A DNA stretch of 64,000 nt from SAR86 cluster bacterium (lineage in GTDB: Bacteria > Pseudomonadota > Gammaproteobacteria > Magnimaribacterales > D2472), in the NCBI GenBank assembly GCA_018607365.1, contig JABBBT010000015.1, forward strand, positions 15,733 through 79,732. The letters run 5' to 3'. Within the stretch, counting starts at the first letter, position 1. The number at the start of each line of letters is the position of its first letter. The translations under genes and the position numbers were made by a program. A model generated the notes under the pieces. That model was not told the DNA's origin and did not search any database. It worked only from the letters and a program-made list of their open reading frames with translations. Positions 45,543-55,890 of the stretch are shown here, in pieces.

Positions 45543-46502
45543 AAGATCTTCTAAATCTTTTCGTTGAGACTTTATCTCACCCAGTCTAATAATCTCCAAA
45601 ATTTTTAAACGAAATGTTTTTGCAAATTTATCACCCCTTGATAACCCAAATAAATGCTTCATCATTCTCGAGATTTCATGACCTTCTGTAATTTTTTCTT
45701 CAACGTAATCTAAATATTGATTTAAGATAATTTTTTTTGATTTTTTGATATATTCAAGACCATATATCTCAGAATCTATATCTTTAATTAAAAAAGGGTT
45801 CTCATAAGCAGCTCTTCCAATCATAACCCCATCAACATGCTCAAGATGTTGCTTTGTTTCGTCAATTGATTTAATCCCACCATTAATAATAATATTAAGG
45901 TTCGGGAAATCTTTTTTTAAGTTATACACATAGTCATATTTTAATGGAGGTATATGCCTATTTTGTCTTGGACTTAAGCCTTTCAAAATTCCATTTCTTG
46001 CATGTATAACAAAATTATTAATACCTGATTCTTGTATTATGTTTACAAAATTATATAAGAACTCATAGTCAACATGATCATCTACGCCTAACCTACATTT
46101 AATTGATACTGGAATAGATACATTATCTTGCATCGAGCTCAAACAATCAGCTACATGATTAGGCTCAAGCATCAGACATGCTCCAAATCTACCTTTTTGA
46201 ACTCTATCTGAAGGACAACCAACATTTAAATTAATCTCATCATAACCATAGTCTTCAGATATTTTTGCGCATTCAACTAAGTCTTTAATATCAGAGCCTC
46301 CTAGCTGAACAGCTACAGGGTGTTCTTGAGGGTTATATTCTAATTGATGAAAGCATTTCCCAAATAGAATGGCTCCTGTGGTGACCATCTCGGTATATAA
46401 ATAAACTTTTTTTGAAATCAACCTCAAGAGATACCTATCATGCATATCTGTGTACTGCATCATTGGGGCAATACAAACCTTGTGCTCTTTGGCAAAAGAC
46501 AT
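45531..46502 (-). CDS. dusA: tRNA-dihydrouridine synthase A
   Basis: Motifs CIAPMMQYTDMHDRYLLR, INLNVGCPS and HARNGIL. Confidence 0.85.
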   Translation of the reverse strand: MSFAKEHKVCIAPMMQYTDMHDRYLLRLISKKVYLYTEMVTTGAILFGKCFHQLEYNPQEHPVAVQLGGSDIKDLVECAKISEDYGYDEINLNVGCPSDRVQKGRFGACLMLEPNHVADCLSSMQDNVSIPVSIKCRLGVDDHVDYEFLYNFVNIIQESGINNFVIHARNGILKGLSPRQNRHIPPLKYDYVYNLKKDFPNLNIIINGGIKSIDETKQHLEHVDGVMIGRAAYENPFLIKDIDSEIYGLEYIKKSKKIILNQYLDYVEEKITEGHEISRMMKHLFGLSRGDKFAKTFRLKILEIIRLGEIKSQRKDLEDLLFY

Positions 46503-46504
46503 AT

Positions 46505-48016
46505 CTAAAGCAGAAATACTATTGATATAAAACCAACTATTGAGAGAACTATAGTATAAGGCAAGGCCATCATTACCATTCTTAGGTAGGATAAGTTAAT
46601 TAAAGGTGCTAATGACGATGTAAGTAGAAATAAAAATGCAGCTTGTCCATTTGGGGTTGCAACACTTGGTATATTTGTACCTGTATTGATTGCAACAGCT
46701 AAATTGTCAAACTCCTGTCTTGTAATTAACCCGTTATCAAGTGCGGCCTTAACTTCATTAATATATATTGTTGCCACAAAAACATTATCACTAATAGCAG
46801 ACAACACTCCATTTGCTACAAAAAATAGAGGAGGTTGGGTATCAGCGCTTTGTGCTAGAACAAAGTTAATTACAGGAGAAAATAGATGTTGATCATGGAT
46901 AACACTAACAATTGCAAAAAAGACTGCTAACAAAGCTGTAAATGGAAGAGCTTCATGGAATGCTTCTCCTAAATCATGCTCTTGAGTAATACCTTTAAAA
47001 GATGTTAAAAGAATGATGACTGCTAAACCAATCAGACCAACAGCAGCCACATGAAGTGCAAGTGCTACAACTAGGAAGATAGCAACTAATCCCTCTACTA
47101 ATAGCTCAGCTTTATGTGTTGCAGTTGTATTTTGTTTTTCATACTCATCAAAATCATTAAAGATTTTTCTAATATTTTCTGGCAATTGATTACCAAAACC
47201 TGCTATTGAAAATCTTTCTACAAAAACACATGTTATTAAACCTGCTACAAATACAGGCATTGTAATAGGCGCCATTCTCATAAAGAATTCTATAAACTCC
47301 CAACCAGCAATTTTAGCTATTAATAAGTTTTGTGGTTCCCCAACAATTGTACAAACACCACCAAGAGCTGTTCCAATTGCACCATGCATGACCAAGTCTC
47401 TTAGAAACCCTTTGAATTTTTCCATATCTTCATGACCAGCACCATCAAGTAATGAGTTATCAAGATAATCATGCCCATGATCACTGAAAACTTTTCCTGA
47501 AGATACTGTATGAAATACTCTATAAAATCCTATAGTTACTCCAATCAAAACAGCTGTAACAGTAAGCGCATCTAAGAATGCTGATAATACCGCTGCTGAA
47601 ATACAGAAAAGAAGTGAAAGTAAGGTTTTAGATTCTATCTTAAGAAGAAGTTTAGTAAAAATTGTTAACATTAAATTCTTCATAAAGAATATTCCGGCAA
47701 CCATAAATACTAGTAAAAGTATAACTTCAAGATTATTTTCAATTTCATGCAGAATGTTATCAGTGGTTGTAAGACCTAAAACTATGGCTTCAATTGCAAG
47801 AAGACCTCCTGGTTGGAGGGGATAGCACTTTAAAGCTAATGCCAATGTAAAAATAAACTCTAATAGAAACATCCAACCAACAATAAATTCACCATTGTAA
47901 TTAAGTGAATTTAAAACTATTAAGGCTATTGGATTAATTATTAGAAACACTACAATGGTAGACTTGTACCAACTTGGTGAATTGCCTAAAAACATTTTTT
48001 GTATTGTATTTATCAT
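46505..48016 (-). CDS. nhaB: Na+/H+ antiporter NhaB
   Basis: ~500 aa polytopic protein. N-terminal [10 protein letters not shown] and overall collinearity with NhaB. Confidence 0.8.
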   Translation of the reverse strand: MINTIQKMFLGNSPSWYKSTIVVFLIINPIALIVLNSLNYNGEFIVGWMFLLEFIFTLALALKCYPLQPGGLLAIEAIVLGLTTTDNILHEIENNLEVILLLVFMVAGIFFMKNLMLTIFTKLLLKIESKTLLSLLFCISAAVLSAFLDALTVTAVLIGVTIGFYRVFHTVSSGKVFSDHGHDYLDNSLLDGAGHEDMEKFKGFLRDLVMHGAIGTALGGVCTIVGEPQNLLIAKIAGWEFIEFFMRMAPITMPVFVAGLITCVFVERFSIAGFGNQLPENIRKIFNDFDEYEKQNTTATHKAELLVEGLVAIFLVVALALHVAAVGLIGLAVIILLTSFKGITQEHDLGEAFHEALPFTALLAVFFAIVSVIHDQHLFSPVINFVLAQSADTQPPLFFVANGVLSAISDNVFVATIYINEVKAALDNGLITRQEFDNLAVAINTGTNIPSVATPNGQAAFLFLLTSSLAPLINLSYLRMVMMALPYTIVLSIVGFISIVFLL

Positions 48017-48051
48017 AGGTATAAGTAATTAAATAAATTTATAAGTTATAT

Positions 48052-48873
48052 ATGTATTTTAAAAGATTTTTCGAGTTTAAACCTAATAATAATAATATTT
48101 TTATTATGTATAAGGATGGCAAAGTCATTTATGACCTAGATCAAAAAACTTTCATGCTTGAGGAATCCTTCTTAAATTATGAGGTTGAGTGCACAAAAAT
48201 AGGTATTGCTATCAATGGTAAATCCAATATCTATGCAGTAGATGTCACTTATTCTAACTTCCAATTGAATGAGCAGGGATATACATCACTAGTTGAATAT
48301 GACTTACGTCAAATGATGTCTATGCTTAATGAAGATGATTTAAATCTTGTTGGTAGAGCTAACCAATTGTTGCATTGGCTAAAAAGCAATAAACATTGTG
48401 GATATTGTGGAGCTGTTAAAAATGAGGATAAAAAAGAAGGAGCTTTATTTTGTTCTTGTAATAATATTATGACTTATCCGACCATATCACCATGTGTGCT
48501 TTGTTTAATTAAGAAAGATAATCAAATTCTTTTGGCTAGAAATGCTATGTTTCCAGAAGGACTCTTTAGTGTCTTAGCTGGATTTATAGAAACTTCTGAG
48601 ACTGCCGAGCAAACTCTTGAAAGAGAAGTTGAAGAAGAGGTTGGTCTTAAAGTTAAAAATATTAAGTATTTTGGAAGCCAATCGTGGCCATTTCCAAGCC
48701 AGTTAATGATTGGTTACGAGTGTGAATACGCATCTGGTGAAATTAATGTAGATGGAATAGAAATAGTTGAAGCAAAATGGTTTGGTATCAACAACTTACC
48801 AAAGACGCCACCTAACTCTACCTTATCTGGAAGACTAATTAACTCTTATATCGCGGATCGTTCGAAGCTCTAG
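48052..48873 (+). CDS. nudC: NADH pyrophosphatase (Nudix, zinc-ribbon)
   Basis: Zn ribbon CGYCG...CSC. Nudix box AGFIETSETAEQTLEREVEEEVGL. Downstream SQSWPFPSQLM. Confidence 0.85.
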   Translation: MYFKRFFEFKPNNNNIFIMYKDGKVIYDLDQKTFMLEESFLNYEVECTKIGIAINGKSNIYAVDVTYSNFQLNEQGYTSLVEYDLRQMMSMLNEDDLNLVGRANQLLHWLKSNKHCGYCGAVKNEDKKEGALFCSCNNIMTYPTISPCVLCLIKKDNQILLARNAMFPEGLFSVLAGFIETSETAEQTLEREVEEEVGLKVKNIKYFGSQSWPFPSQLMIGYECEYASGEINVDGIEIVEAKWFGINNLPKTPPNSTLSGRLINSYIADRSKL

Positions 48874-50941
48874 TTGGAATTTTTACCTTTGCTTTTGGCT
48901 CTTTAACAATCTCTCTAATAGCAGGTTCTTTTTTTACTTGTTTTTTAGGCTCTTGTACAATTTTTTTATCAACCTTTGGTTTGGTATTTACAGGATTTTT
49001 ATTAGTAGTTTTCTCCGAAGGTTTACTCTGAGTGGCATTGTTTTCAGCAACTTTTTTTGGCTCAACTGGCTTATCAATCTTGACATTAGCTTTTTTTACA
49101 GAAGACTCATTCGAATTCTTAGTATTTTGATTCCTTGTATTTTTTTGATTAGGGCTTGGCTTCTGATTCGGGTTTGATCTCTGATTAGGATTCCTTTGTG
49201 TATTTTTTTGAGCTGCTCCTTTGTTGTTTGTTCTTGGCTTAGAATTTTGTCTAGGTTTTTTGTTCCTATTTTGATTAGTTGATCTGGTTGTTTTCTTTTT
49301 AGGTTTTTCTTCTTTATCTATACCCGCAATACTTTTTATCCAGCCTACGAGGCCTTCTTTTTTCTTCTTGGGCATTTTTGGTGGTTTAATTCCATCAACT
49401 AATGGCTTCATGGCCTTAGATTGATTTTTATCATCTCTCCAGTCTGTACTAGGCTCAGGGCTATTAGGAGTTAGTTTATAAGAATCAATATTTTTTATAT
49501 CCGAGGCTTTAATTCTAACCACCTTATAGTAAGGTCGAGATTTATAAGGGTCAGCAATAACCATTACTCTAATATTATTGGTTTTTTCAATGTTTATAAT
49601 GTCTTGTCTTTTTTCATTTAACAGATAACTAGCTACGTCAGCTGGAACATAAACCTGTATTTCTCCAGTATTATCTTTAGCTGAATCCTCTCCTATTATT
49701 CTTAAGATTGATAAGCCTAGCGATCTAGGCCCTCTAACCAAAACATGTTCTATATCATAGGATTCATTAAGTGATGGTCTAAGTCTTTGTCTTGATACTT
49801 CTAATAATCCAAACTTAGATATTCCTGATATTTGGACTCTAGCTCTATCTGAGTAAACTGCTTTTCTAAAAGCTGACTCAACCTTTTCCTGGTGAGCTGT
49901 ATCAAGCATGTCTATAAAATCTATAACAACCAATCCACCAACATCTCTAAGTCTTAGTTGTCTTGCTACTTCTTTTGCAGCTTCAAGATTTGTCTTATAA
50001 GCTGTATCTTCAATGTCTTTACCTTTGGTTGATCTTGCAGAGTTTACATCTACTGCTGTCATTGCTTCAGTTGGGTCTATGACAATAGATCCACCGGATG
50101 TTAAGGATATTTCTCTTTGAAAAGCTAATTCAATTTGTGATTCAATTTGATAGCGATTAAATAATGGGATTTCCTCATCATATAACTTTACTTTATCAGC
50201 ATGATCTGGAATTACAGATTCGATGAACTCTTTTGCTTCAATATATGTATCTTTATCATCAATTAAAATTTCTTCAATATCATCTTTGAAATAATCTTTT
50301 ACAACTCTTACTATCAACTTATCATCTCTGTATATAAGTGCAGGAGAGGGTGCCTCAGGTATAGTTTTATTAATCTCTTCCCATAAGGCTAGCAGGTATG
50401 CAAGATCAAGACTTAATTCTTCAGAGCTTCTTCCAAGTCCATTAGTTCTAACTATAGCGCTCATATTATCTGGAATATTGATTGAATCTAACGCTTGCTT
50501 GATTTGATCTCTCTCTTCTCCACTTATTCTTCTTGATATACCACCAGATCTTGATGAGTTTGGAATAAGTACAATAAACCTTCCGGCCAATCCTATTTGA
50601 GTTGTAAGAGCTGCGCCTTTAGTTCCTCTTTCCTCTTTTGTTACTTGAACAATTATTTCCTGACCTTCTTTCAAAGTACATTCTTTTCTACCTTCCGAGT
50701 TCTTTTTAAAGAAATCATTAGATAAATCTTTTAATGGAAGAAAGCCATGCCTTTCTGAACCAAAGTTAACAAAAGCAGCATCAAGGCTTGACTCTACTCT
50801 TGAGACAGTTGCTTTAAATATACTACCCTTTAGAAGGACCTTATCAGGTGACTCAGTATCAAAATCATATAGCTTAGCCCCATCAACTAAAGCCACGCGA
50901 AGCTCATCACCATATGATGAGTTTATTAAAATTCTTTTCAT
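48839..50941 (-). CDS. rne: Ribonuclease E (short, 700 aa) with a K/N/Q/P-rich low-complexity tail
   Basis: N-terminal MKRILINS...ELRVALVDG, S1 domain, DNase-I-like VIDFIDM and Zn-link region. Divergent from rluC as in E. coli. Confidence 0.9.
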   Translation of the reverse strand: MKRILINSSYGDELRVALVDGAKLYDFDTESPDKVLLKGSIFKATVSRVESSLDAAFVNFGSERHGFLPLKDLSNDFFKKNSEGRKECTLKEGQEIIVQVTKEERGTKGAALTTQIGLAGRFIVLIPNSSRSGGISRRISGEERDQIKQALDSINIPDNMSAIVRTNGLGRSSEELSLDLAYLLALWEEINKTIPEAPSPALIYRDDKLIVRVVKDYFKDDIEEILIDDKDTYIEAKEFIESVIPDHADKVKLYDEEIPLFNRYQIESQIELAFQREISLTSGGSIVIDPTEAMTAVDVNSARSTKGKDIEDTAYKTNLEAAKEVARQLRLRDVGGLVVIDFIDMLDTAHQEKVESAFRKAVYSDRARVQISGISKFGLLEVSRQRLRPSLNESYDIEHVLVRGPRSLGLSILRIIGEDSAKDNTGEIQVYVPADVASYLLNEKRQDIINIEKTNNIRVMVIADPYKSRPYYKVVRIKASDIKNIDSYKLTPNSPEPSTDWRDDKNQSKAMKPLVDGIKPPKMPKKKKEGLVGWIKSIAGIDKEEKPKKKTTRSTNQNRNKKPRQNSKPRTNNKGAAQKNTQRNPNQRSNPNQKPSPNQKNTRNQNTKNSNESSVKKANVKIDKPVEPKKVAENNATQSKPSEKTTNKNPVNTKPKVDKKIVQEPKKQVKKEPAIREIVKEPKAKVKIPTRASNDPRYKS
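49144..49197 (-). repeat. Three imperfect 18-bp tandem units inside rne, encoding NPNQ(K/R)-type hexapeptide repeats
   Basis: Plus-strand units TTGATTAGGGCTTGGCTT / CTGATTCGGGTTTGATCT / CTGATTAGGATTCCTTTG. Protein ...RNPNQRSNPNQKPSPNQKN... Confidence 0.6.
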
Positions 50942-51134
50942 TTTATTCTCCCTATGTATAGGAAGATAAGTCAGCAGTGTGCTTATTTTAAAGCTTCTAT
51001 CATCAAGTCTTACGTTATATTGCTTGGATGATTAACTCTTTAAGAGAGTTGTATTTAAACTGTTGTATTTATCTTTCTTTAATATTTAACTAGTTTATCT
51101 AGTTATTTAGGACTATATCCTATAGATTTGTCAC
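50942..51134 (-). promoter_or_regulatory. rne leader / rne<>rluC divergent control region with several short hairpins
   Basis: Hairpins AACTCT-TTAAG-AGAGTT (51034-51050), TAACTAG-TTTAT-CTAGTTA (51087-51105) and TAGGA-CTATA-TCCTA (51108-51122). E. coli rne is autoregulated through a structured 5' UTR. Confidence 0.4.
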
Positions 51135-52052
51135 ATGCCTGTCAAAAAAATAGAAGTTAATGATGATAATCACGGAAGAAGATTAGATAATTTTCTTCTA
51201 TCTATATATAAAGATGTACCTAAATCTAAAATTTATAGCATTATTCGAAAAGGGGAGGTAAGAATTAATTCTGGAAGAGTTAAGCCTCATACTAAAATTA
51301 ATAAAGATGATATTATCAGAATACCTCCATATTTAATAAATGATCCAAGTTTAGAAAAAAAATCAGTTTTCTCTGAAAGTCTCATTAATCTTATTAAAAA
51401 TAATATTATCCATGAAGATGATAACTATCTAATACTTAATAAACCACACGGCCTACCAGTCCATGGAGGTACAAATAGCCCAAATGGTGTGATATCTATC
51501 TTGAGATCTTTTATGAATGATTCATTAGATCTTTGTCATAGAATTGATAAGGAGACTTCTGGATGTCTTGTTGTATCAAAAAATAAGAAATCTAATAGAC
51601 ATTTTAATGAACAACTTGTGCTTAAAAAAGTCAATAAAACCTATCTTGCTATATTGAAAGGTCATTTAAAGAAAAAAATTAAAGTTGATTTATTTATCGA
51701 GACATCTTCTGAAGAAAATACACAAAAATCTATAATTTCAGATAATGGTAAAGAGGCTGTTTCAACATTTAAACCTTTAAAAAAACTTAATCAGTCTTGC
51801 TTAGTTAGTGTAAATATTGCCACTGGAAGAACTCATCAGATTCGAGTTCAGGCTAATCATATTGGCCATCCTGTTTTAAATGATGATAAATATGGCGATC
51901 GCACATTCAATAAAAGCAAACCATTTAATAAAACAAAAAGAATGACATTACATGCATCAGAAATAGAGTTTATAGATCAGAACAATAATTTAATTAAAGG
52001 TAAGGCAGATATCGATGATTCCTTTGAAAAAATTCTTAATTTATTAGAATAA
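51135..52052 (+). CDS. rluC: 23S rRNA pseudouridine synthase RluC (RluA family with S4 domain)
   Basis: S4-like N-terminus (RLDNFL...). Catalytic HRIDKETSG. Also TGRTHQIRVQ. Confidence 0.85.
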   Translation: MPVKKIEVNDDNHGRRLDNFLLSIYKDVPKSKIYSIIRKGEVRINSGRVKPHTKINKDDIIRIPPYLINDPSLEKKSVFSESLINLIKNNIIHEDDNYLILNKPHGLPVHGGTNSPNGVISILRSFMNDSLDLCHRIDKETSGCLVVSKNKKSNRHFNEQLVLKKVNKTYLAILKGHLKKKIKVDLFIETSSEENTQKSIISDNGKEAVSTFKPLKKLNQSCLVSVNIATGRTHQIRVQANHIGHPVLNDDKYGDRTFNKSKPFNKTKRMTLHASEIEFIDQNNNLIKGKADIDDSFEKILNLLE

Positions 52053-52110
52053 AAAAATCTATCAATAATGGTATATATTTGTTAGGATACGTTTTTTTTA
52101 AAGGGTTAGT

Positions 52111-52317
52111 ATGGCAGTTCAAAAAAGTAAAGTTACAAGGTCTAGAAGAGGTCAAAGAAGATCTCATGATTCACTCACAGCATCTACATTATCTATAGAT
52201 CCTGTATCTGGTGAAAAACATGCTAGACATCAAATGACTAAAGATGGTTTTTATAAAGGAAGACTTGTTAAAGACTTAAGAAAAGTAGAAAAAGAAGTAG
52301 AAGAAACATCTGCTTAG
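52111..52317 (+). CDS. rpmF: Ribosomal protein L32 (with a short acidic C-terminal extension)
   Basis: [22 protein letters not shown] is the canonical L32 N-terminus. Confidence 0.9.
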   Translation: MAVQKSKVTRSRRGQRRSHDSLTASTLSIDPVSGEKHARHQMTKDGFYKGRLVKDLRKVEKEVEETSA

Positions 52318-52320
52318 TTT

Positions 52321-53244
52321 ATGCCTAGGCATATAAGTTTACTTTTCCCTGGACAGGGGTCCCAATCCCTGGGGATGTTATCCTCATTTAATAGCGAAGA
52401 TCTCGATTTTATTTCCTCTGCATCAAAAGAGACACTATCTTTTGATTTATTGGATGTTATTCAAAGTGGCCCTGATGATAAGTTAAACCAAACCTCTTTT
52501 ACCCAACCTGCTTTACTTGCAACATCTTACTTATATTATAAAAAATTTTTATCTATTACAGAATTAACACCTAATATCATGGCAGGGCATTCACTTGGTG
52601 AATATTCAGCACTTGTTGCCTCTGGTAGCATTGATTTCAAAACAGCTTTGAACCTTGTTTATAAAAGAGGTCTATTTATGGAAAAATCAGATGTTGGGTC
52701 TATGTTTGCAATACTTAACCTTAATATTGAGACCATATATTCAATTTGTGATGAGGTTAGAGAAACCTTAGATGAAATTGTAGCTCCTGCTAATATTAAC
52801 TCTGCAAACCAAGTTGTTATAGCTGGCTCACATGAGGCTGCAGCCTTAGCTGCTGAAAAGTGCAAAGTCGCTGGTGCCAAAAGAACTATTCAACTAAAGG
52901 TTAGTGTTGCCTCTCATTGTAATTTAATGCAATCAGCCTCAATACTTCTTTCTGAAGAAATGAAAAATATTAAGTTTAATAATCCTACTATTCCTATTAT
53001 TCACAATGTGGATGCATTAGAAGGTAATAACGATGATGATATAGCTCAAAAATTAACTGACCAACTTATAAAACCAGTTCAATGGCTCAAGACAATGGAA
53101 AAGATTAATATGCTTGATGGAATTGTTGTCGAATGCGGGCCGGGAAGAGTTCTTTCAGGTCTTGCTAAAACCAATGGCCTGAGTAATATATTAACAATGA
53201 GTTCTGATAATTTTAAAGATAATTTTAATAACATATATGGATAA
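52321..53244 (+). CDS. fabD: Malonyl-CoA:ACP transacylase
   Basis: Motifs FPGQGSQ, GHSLGEYSALV and VASHC. Confidence 0.95.
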   Translation: MPRHISLLFPGQGSQSLGMLSSFNSEDLDFISSASKETLSFDLLDVIQSGPDDKLNQTSFTQPALLATSYLYYKKFLSITELTPNIMAGHSLGEYSALVASGSIDFKTALNLVYKRGLFMEKSDVGSMFAILNLNIETIYSICDEVRETLDEIVAPANINSANQVVIAGSHEAAALAAEKCKVAGAKRTIQLKVSVASHCNLMQSASILLSEEMKNIKFNNPTIPIIHNVDALEGNNDDDIAQKLTDQLIKPVQWLKTMEKINMLDGIVVECGPGRVLSGLAKTNGLSNILTMSSDNFKDNFNNIYG

Positions 53245-53953
53245 AAAAGTAGTACTTATTTCAGGTGCCTCTAGAGGAATCGGCGCAGCTATAGCAATTC
53301 ATCTTGCTAGTCTTGGATACAAAGTCATAGGAACTGCAAGAAGTGAGTTTAAATTTGATAAACCCTCAGACAATCTAATTCCACTAAAACTTGATATTAC
53401 ATGTCGAGAGTCTATTAAGGATTGTGCAACCAAACTCAAGGAGCAAAACTTATTACCAGACATATTAATTAATAACGCTGGCATAACGTCTGATCAGCTC
53501 TTTCTTCGCATGAAAGACGATGAATGGGATAATGTTTTGGCAACTAATTTAACTGGAACATTTAATTTAACAAAAGCTTTTATAAAAAATATGATCAAGA
53601 ATAGATATGGAAGAATTATAAACATATCATCTATATCTGGATTAATGGGAAATCCAGGTCAGGTAAATTATTCATCTGCAAAGGCTGGATTAAGCGGGTT
53701 TACTAAATCCTTGGCAAAAGAAGTAGGATCCAGAAATATTACAGTCAATTCTGTAGCGCCAGGTTTTATAGAAACTGATATGACCTCTTTTTTGGATGAG
53801 GGTTCTAAAAATACTATTATTAAAGATATACCTTTAAATAGGCTTGGCTCACCCGAAGATGTTTCAGAGTTAGTTGCATTTCTTGCTGGTGACGAATCTC
53901 AATATATAACAGGGCAAACTATCTCTATTGATGGCGGGCTATTTATGCATTAA
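53237..53953 (+). CDS. fabG: 3-oxoacyl-ACP reductase
   Basis: Motifs GASRGIG, NNAG and YSSAKAG. Lies between fabD and acpP. Confidence 0.95.
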   Translation: MDKKVVLISGASRGIGAAIAIHLASLGYKVIGTARSEFKFDKPSDNLIPLKLDITCRESIKDCATKLKEQNLLPDILINNAGITSDQLFLRMKDDEWDNVLATNLTGTFNLTKAFIKNMIKNRYGRIINISSISGLMGNPGQVNYSSAKAGLSGFTKSLAKEVGSRNITVNSVAPGFIETDMTSFLDEGSKNTIIKDIPLNRLGSPEDVSELVAFLAGDESQYITGQTISIDGGLFMH

Positions 53954-54013
53954 TAAATGTGCATCTTTTTGATATTAGATGTAAAATGAGCCTCTTTTCA
54001 ATTGGGAGAAATT

Positions 54014-54244
54014 ATGAGCGTTGAAGATAAAGTAAAGAAAATAGTTAGTGACCAACTTGGTACAGCAATTGATGAAATACAAAGTGATTCATCTTTTGTA
54101 GATGATCTTGGTGCTGACTCTTTAGACACTGTTGAACTTGTTATGGCACTTGAAGAAGAATTTGATCTTGAAATAGCAGACGAAGATGCTGAAAAGATTT
54201 CTACTGTTAACGAAGCGGTAGATTACATTAATTCTAATTCTTAG
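54014..54244 (+). CDS. acpP: Acyl carrier protein
   Basis: [19 protein letters not shown], with the phosphopantetheine Ser in DSL. SD GGGAGAA lies upstream of the ATG at 54014. Confidence 0.95.
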   Translation: MSVEDKVKKIVSDQLGTAIDEIQSDSSFVDDLGADSLDTVELVMALEEEFDLEIADEDAEKISTVNEAVDYINSNS

Positions 54245-54292
54245 AAATACCAACTAGCAAAATTATTCATTTCTTACATGAAATGATATTCG

Positions 54293-54321
54293 AAAGGATT
54301 CTTTAATAGAATCCTTTTTTT
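54293..54321 (+). terminator. Rho-independent terminator after acpP
   Basis: AAAGGATTC-TTTAATA-GAATCCTTT followed by TTTT. Preceded by a second 7-bp hairpin TCATTTC/GAAATGA at 54267-54286. Confidence 0.8.
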
Positions 54322-54343
54322 ATTTATGACACTATAAGTTTTA

Positions 54344-55297
54344 ATGAAAACACTCTTTTACATTAATTTAATAATAATATTTACTATATCTATTGTAGGG
54401 CCATATCATGCCTTTATTAATTTTGAACCCGCCAAAGATGAATATATTGTTGTAAAACAAGGTGAGTCAATGACAAGAACTTTAGATAATTTAGTAAAGA
54501 GTAATATTTTAGATACTATTTTTTTTAAAGTATTTCTTGTGATTGAAAATATTGATAGTTTTCAAGCTGGTAAATACAAAGTAGAAGAAAAAAATTTAAA
54601 AGAGATTTTCTTAGATTTAAGCCAGGGAAATACTTCGACTCATAAGTTAGTTATCAAAGATGGGGCAAATATTTATGATGTACAAAAAGAGCTTGAGAAT
54701 AGCTTTTTAGATATTGATTGCTTTAATCTAAACTGCATAAAGAGACAAACACCATTTGTAGAAGGAATTCTTTATCCTGATACTTATTTCTATAAAGACT
54801 CAATGAAGGCATCATCTTTATTGCAAGCCAGTCATGATCGTTTATTCAATACAGTATCAAAACTTTGGTTAAATAAGCCACCTAATAATCCTTTAAAAAA
54901 CATTAATGAAGCTATTATTCTTGCCTCTATAATTGAAAAAGAAGCAGGTAATAATCAAGAAAAACCATTAATTGCAGGAGTCTTTCTTAAAAGATTAACA
55001 TTGGGCATGAGACTTCAAGCAGACCCAACAATTATCTATGGTTTATTACCAAATTTTGATGGAGATATAAAAAAATCTGATATTCTTAATAAAAATAATT
55101 TATACAATACATATATGATAAAAGGCTTACCACCAACTCCAATATCTATGGCATCTCTTTCTTCAATAGAGGCTGCTATAAATTCAGTTCCAGGTAATTA
55201 TTTATATTTTGTCGCTAATTCAAAAACTTCTCATTATTTTTCTAAAACCTATGAAGAGCATTTAGAAATGATTAATATATTAGGTCTTAACAAGTGA
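54344..55297 (+). CDS. mltG: Endolytic murein transglycosylase MltG (YceG)
   Basis: N-terminal TM. Motifs ASIIEKEAG, RLQADPTIIYG, YNTYMIKGLPPTPI and HYFSKTYEEH. Confidence 0.9.
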   Translation: MKTLFYINLIIIFTISIVGPYHAFINFEPAKDEYIVVKQGESMTRTLDNLVKSNILDTIFFKVFLVIENIDSFQAGKYKVEEKNLKEIFLDLSQGNTSTHKLVIKDGANIYDVQKELENSFLDIDCFNLNCIKRQTPFVEGILYPDTYFYKDSMKASSLLQASHDRLFNTVSKLWLNKPPNNPLKNINEAIILASIIEKEAGNNQEKPLIAGVFLKRLTLGMRLQADPTIIYGLLPNFDGDIKKSDILNKNNLYNTYMIKGLPPTPISMASLSSIEAAINSVPGNYLYFVANSKTSHYFSKTYEEHLEMINILGLNK

Positions 55298-55890
55298 AAA
55301 TATTTAGTTTTGAAGGAATAGAAGGCGTTGGTAAATCTACTCAGATTAATTTACTAAAAGAATATCTTGAGACCAATGGATATAATACTGAAATTTTAAG
55401 AGAGCCAGGTTCAACCATTACTGGCGAAAGCATAAGATCAATACTATTAGATTCAAAAGAAAATCTTTCAAGTGAGTCAGAGCTATTATTAATGTTTGCT
55501 GCTAGGGCGCAGCTCATCTCAGAAAAGGTTAACAACTCTAACTCAGATATTATTCTATTTGATAGATTTTATGATGCATCTTTAGCATATCAAGGTTTTG
55601 GTAGGAATCTCCCTATTGATTTTATTCAGAGTCTAATTACTTTCATTAATTGCCCAGAACCTTGTTTGACTTTCCTTTTAGATATTTCTGTTCAAGATGG
55701 CTTTGAAAGAAAAGTTAATGATGTGAAAGATAGAATTGAATCTGCAGGCAACGAGTTCTTTAAAAAAGTTAGAGAGGGCTATCTAGAAATAGCTAACAAT
55801 AACCAAAGTAGAATAAAAGTTATTGATGCAATGCAATCTATAGATGATATAAATAAAAGTATTATTGATCATGTAAACCCTCTTTTATGA
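55294..55890 (+). CDS. tmk: Thymidylate kinase
   Basis: Motifs FEGIEGVGKST (P-loop), REPG and DRFYDASLAYQG. The GTG start overlaps the mltG stop (GTGA). Confidence 0.9.
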   Translation: MKIFSFEGIEGVGKSTQINLLKEYLETNGYNTEILREPGSTITGESIRSILLDSKENLSSESELLLMFAARAQLISEKVNNSNSDIILFDRFYDASLAYQGFGRNLPIDFIQSLITFINCPEPCLTFLLDISVQDGFERKVNDVKDRIESAGNEFFKKVREGYLEIANNNQSRIKVIDAMQSIDDINKSIIDHVNPLL

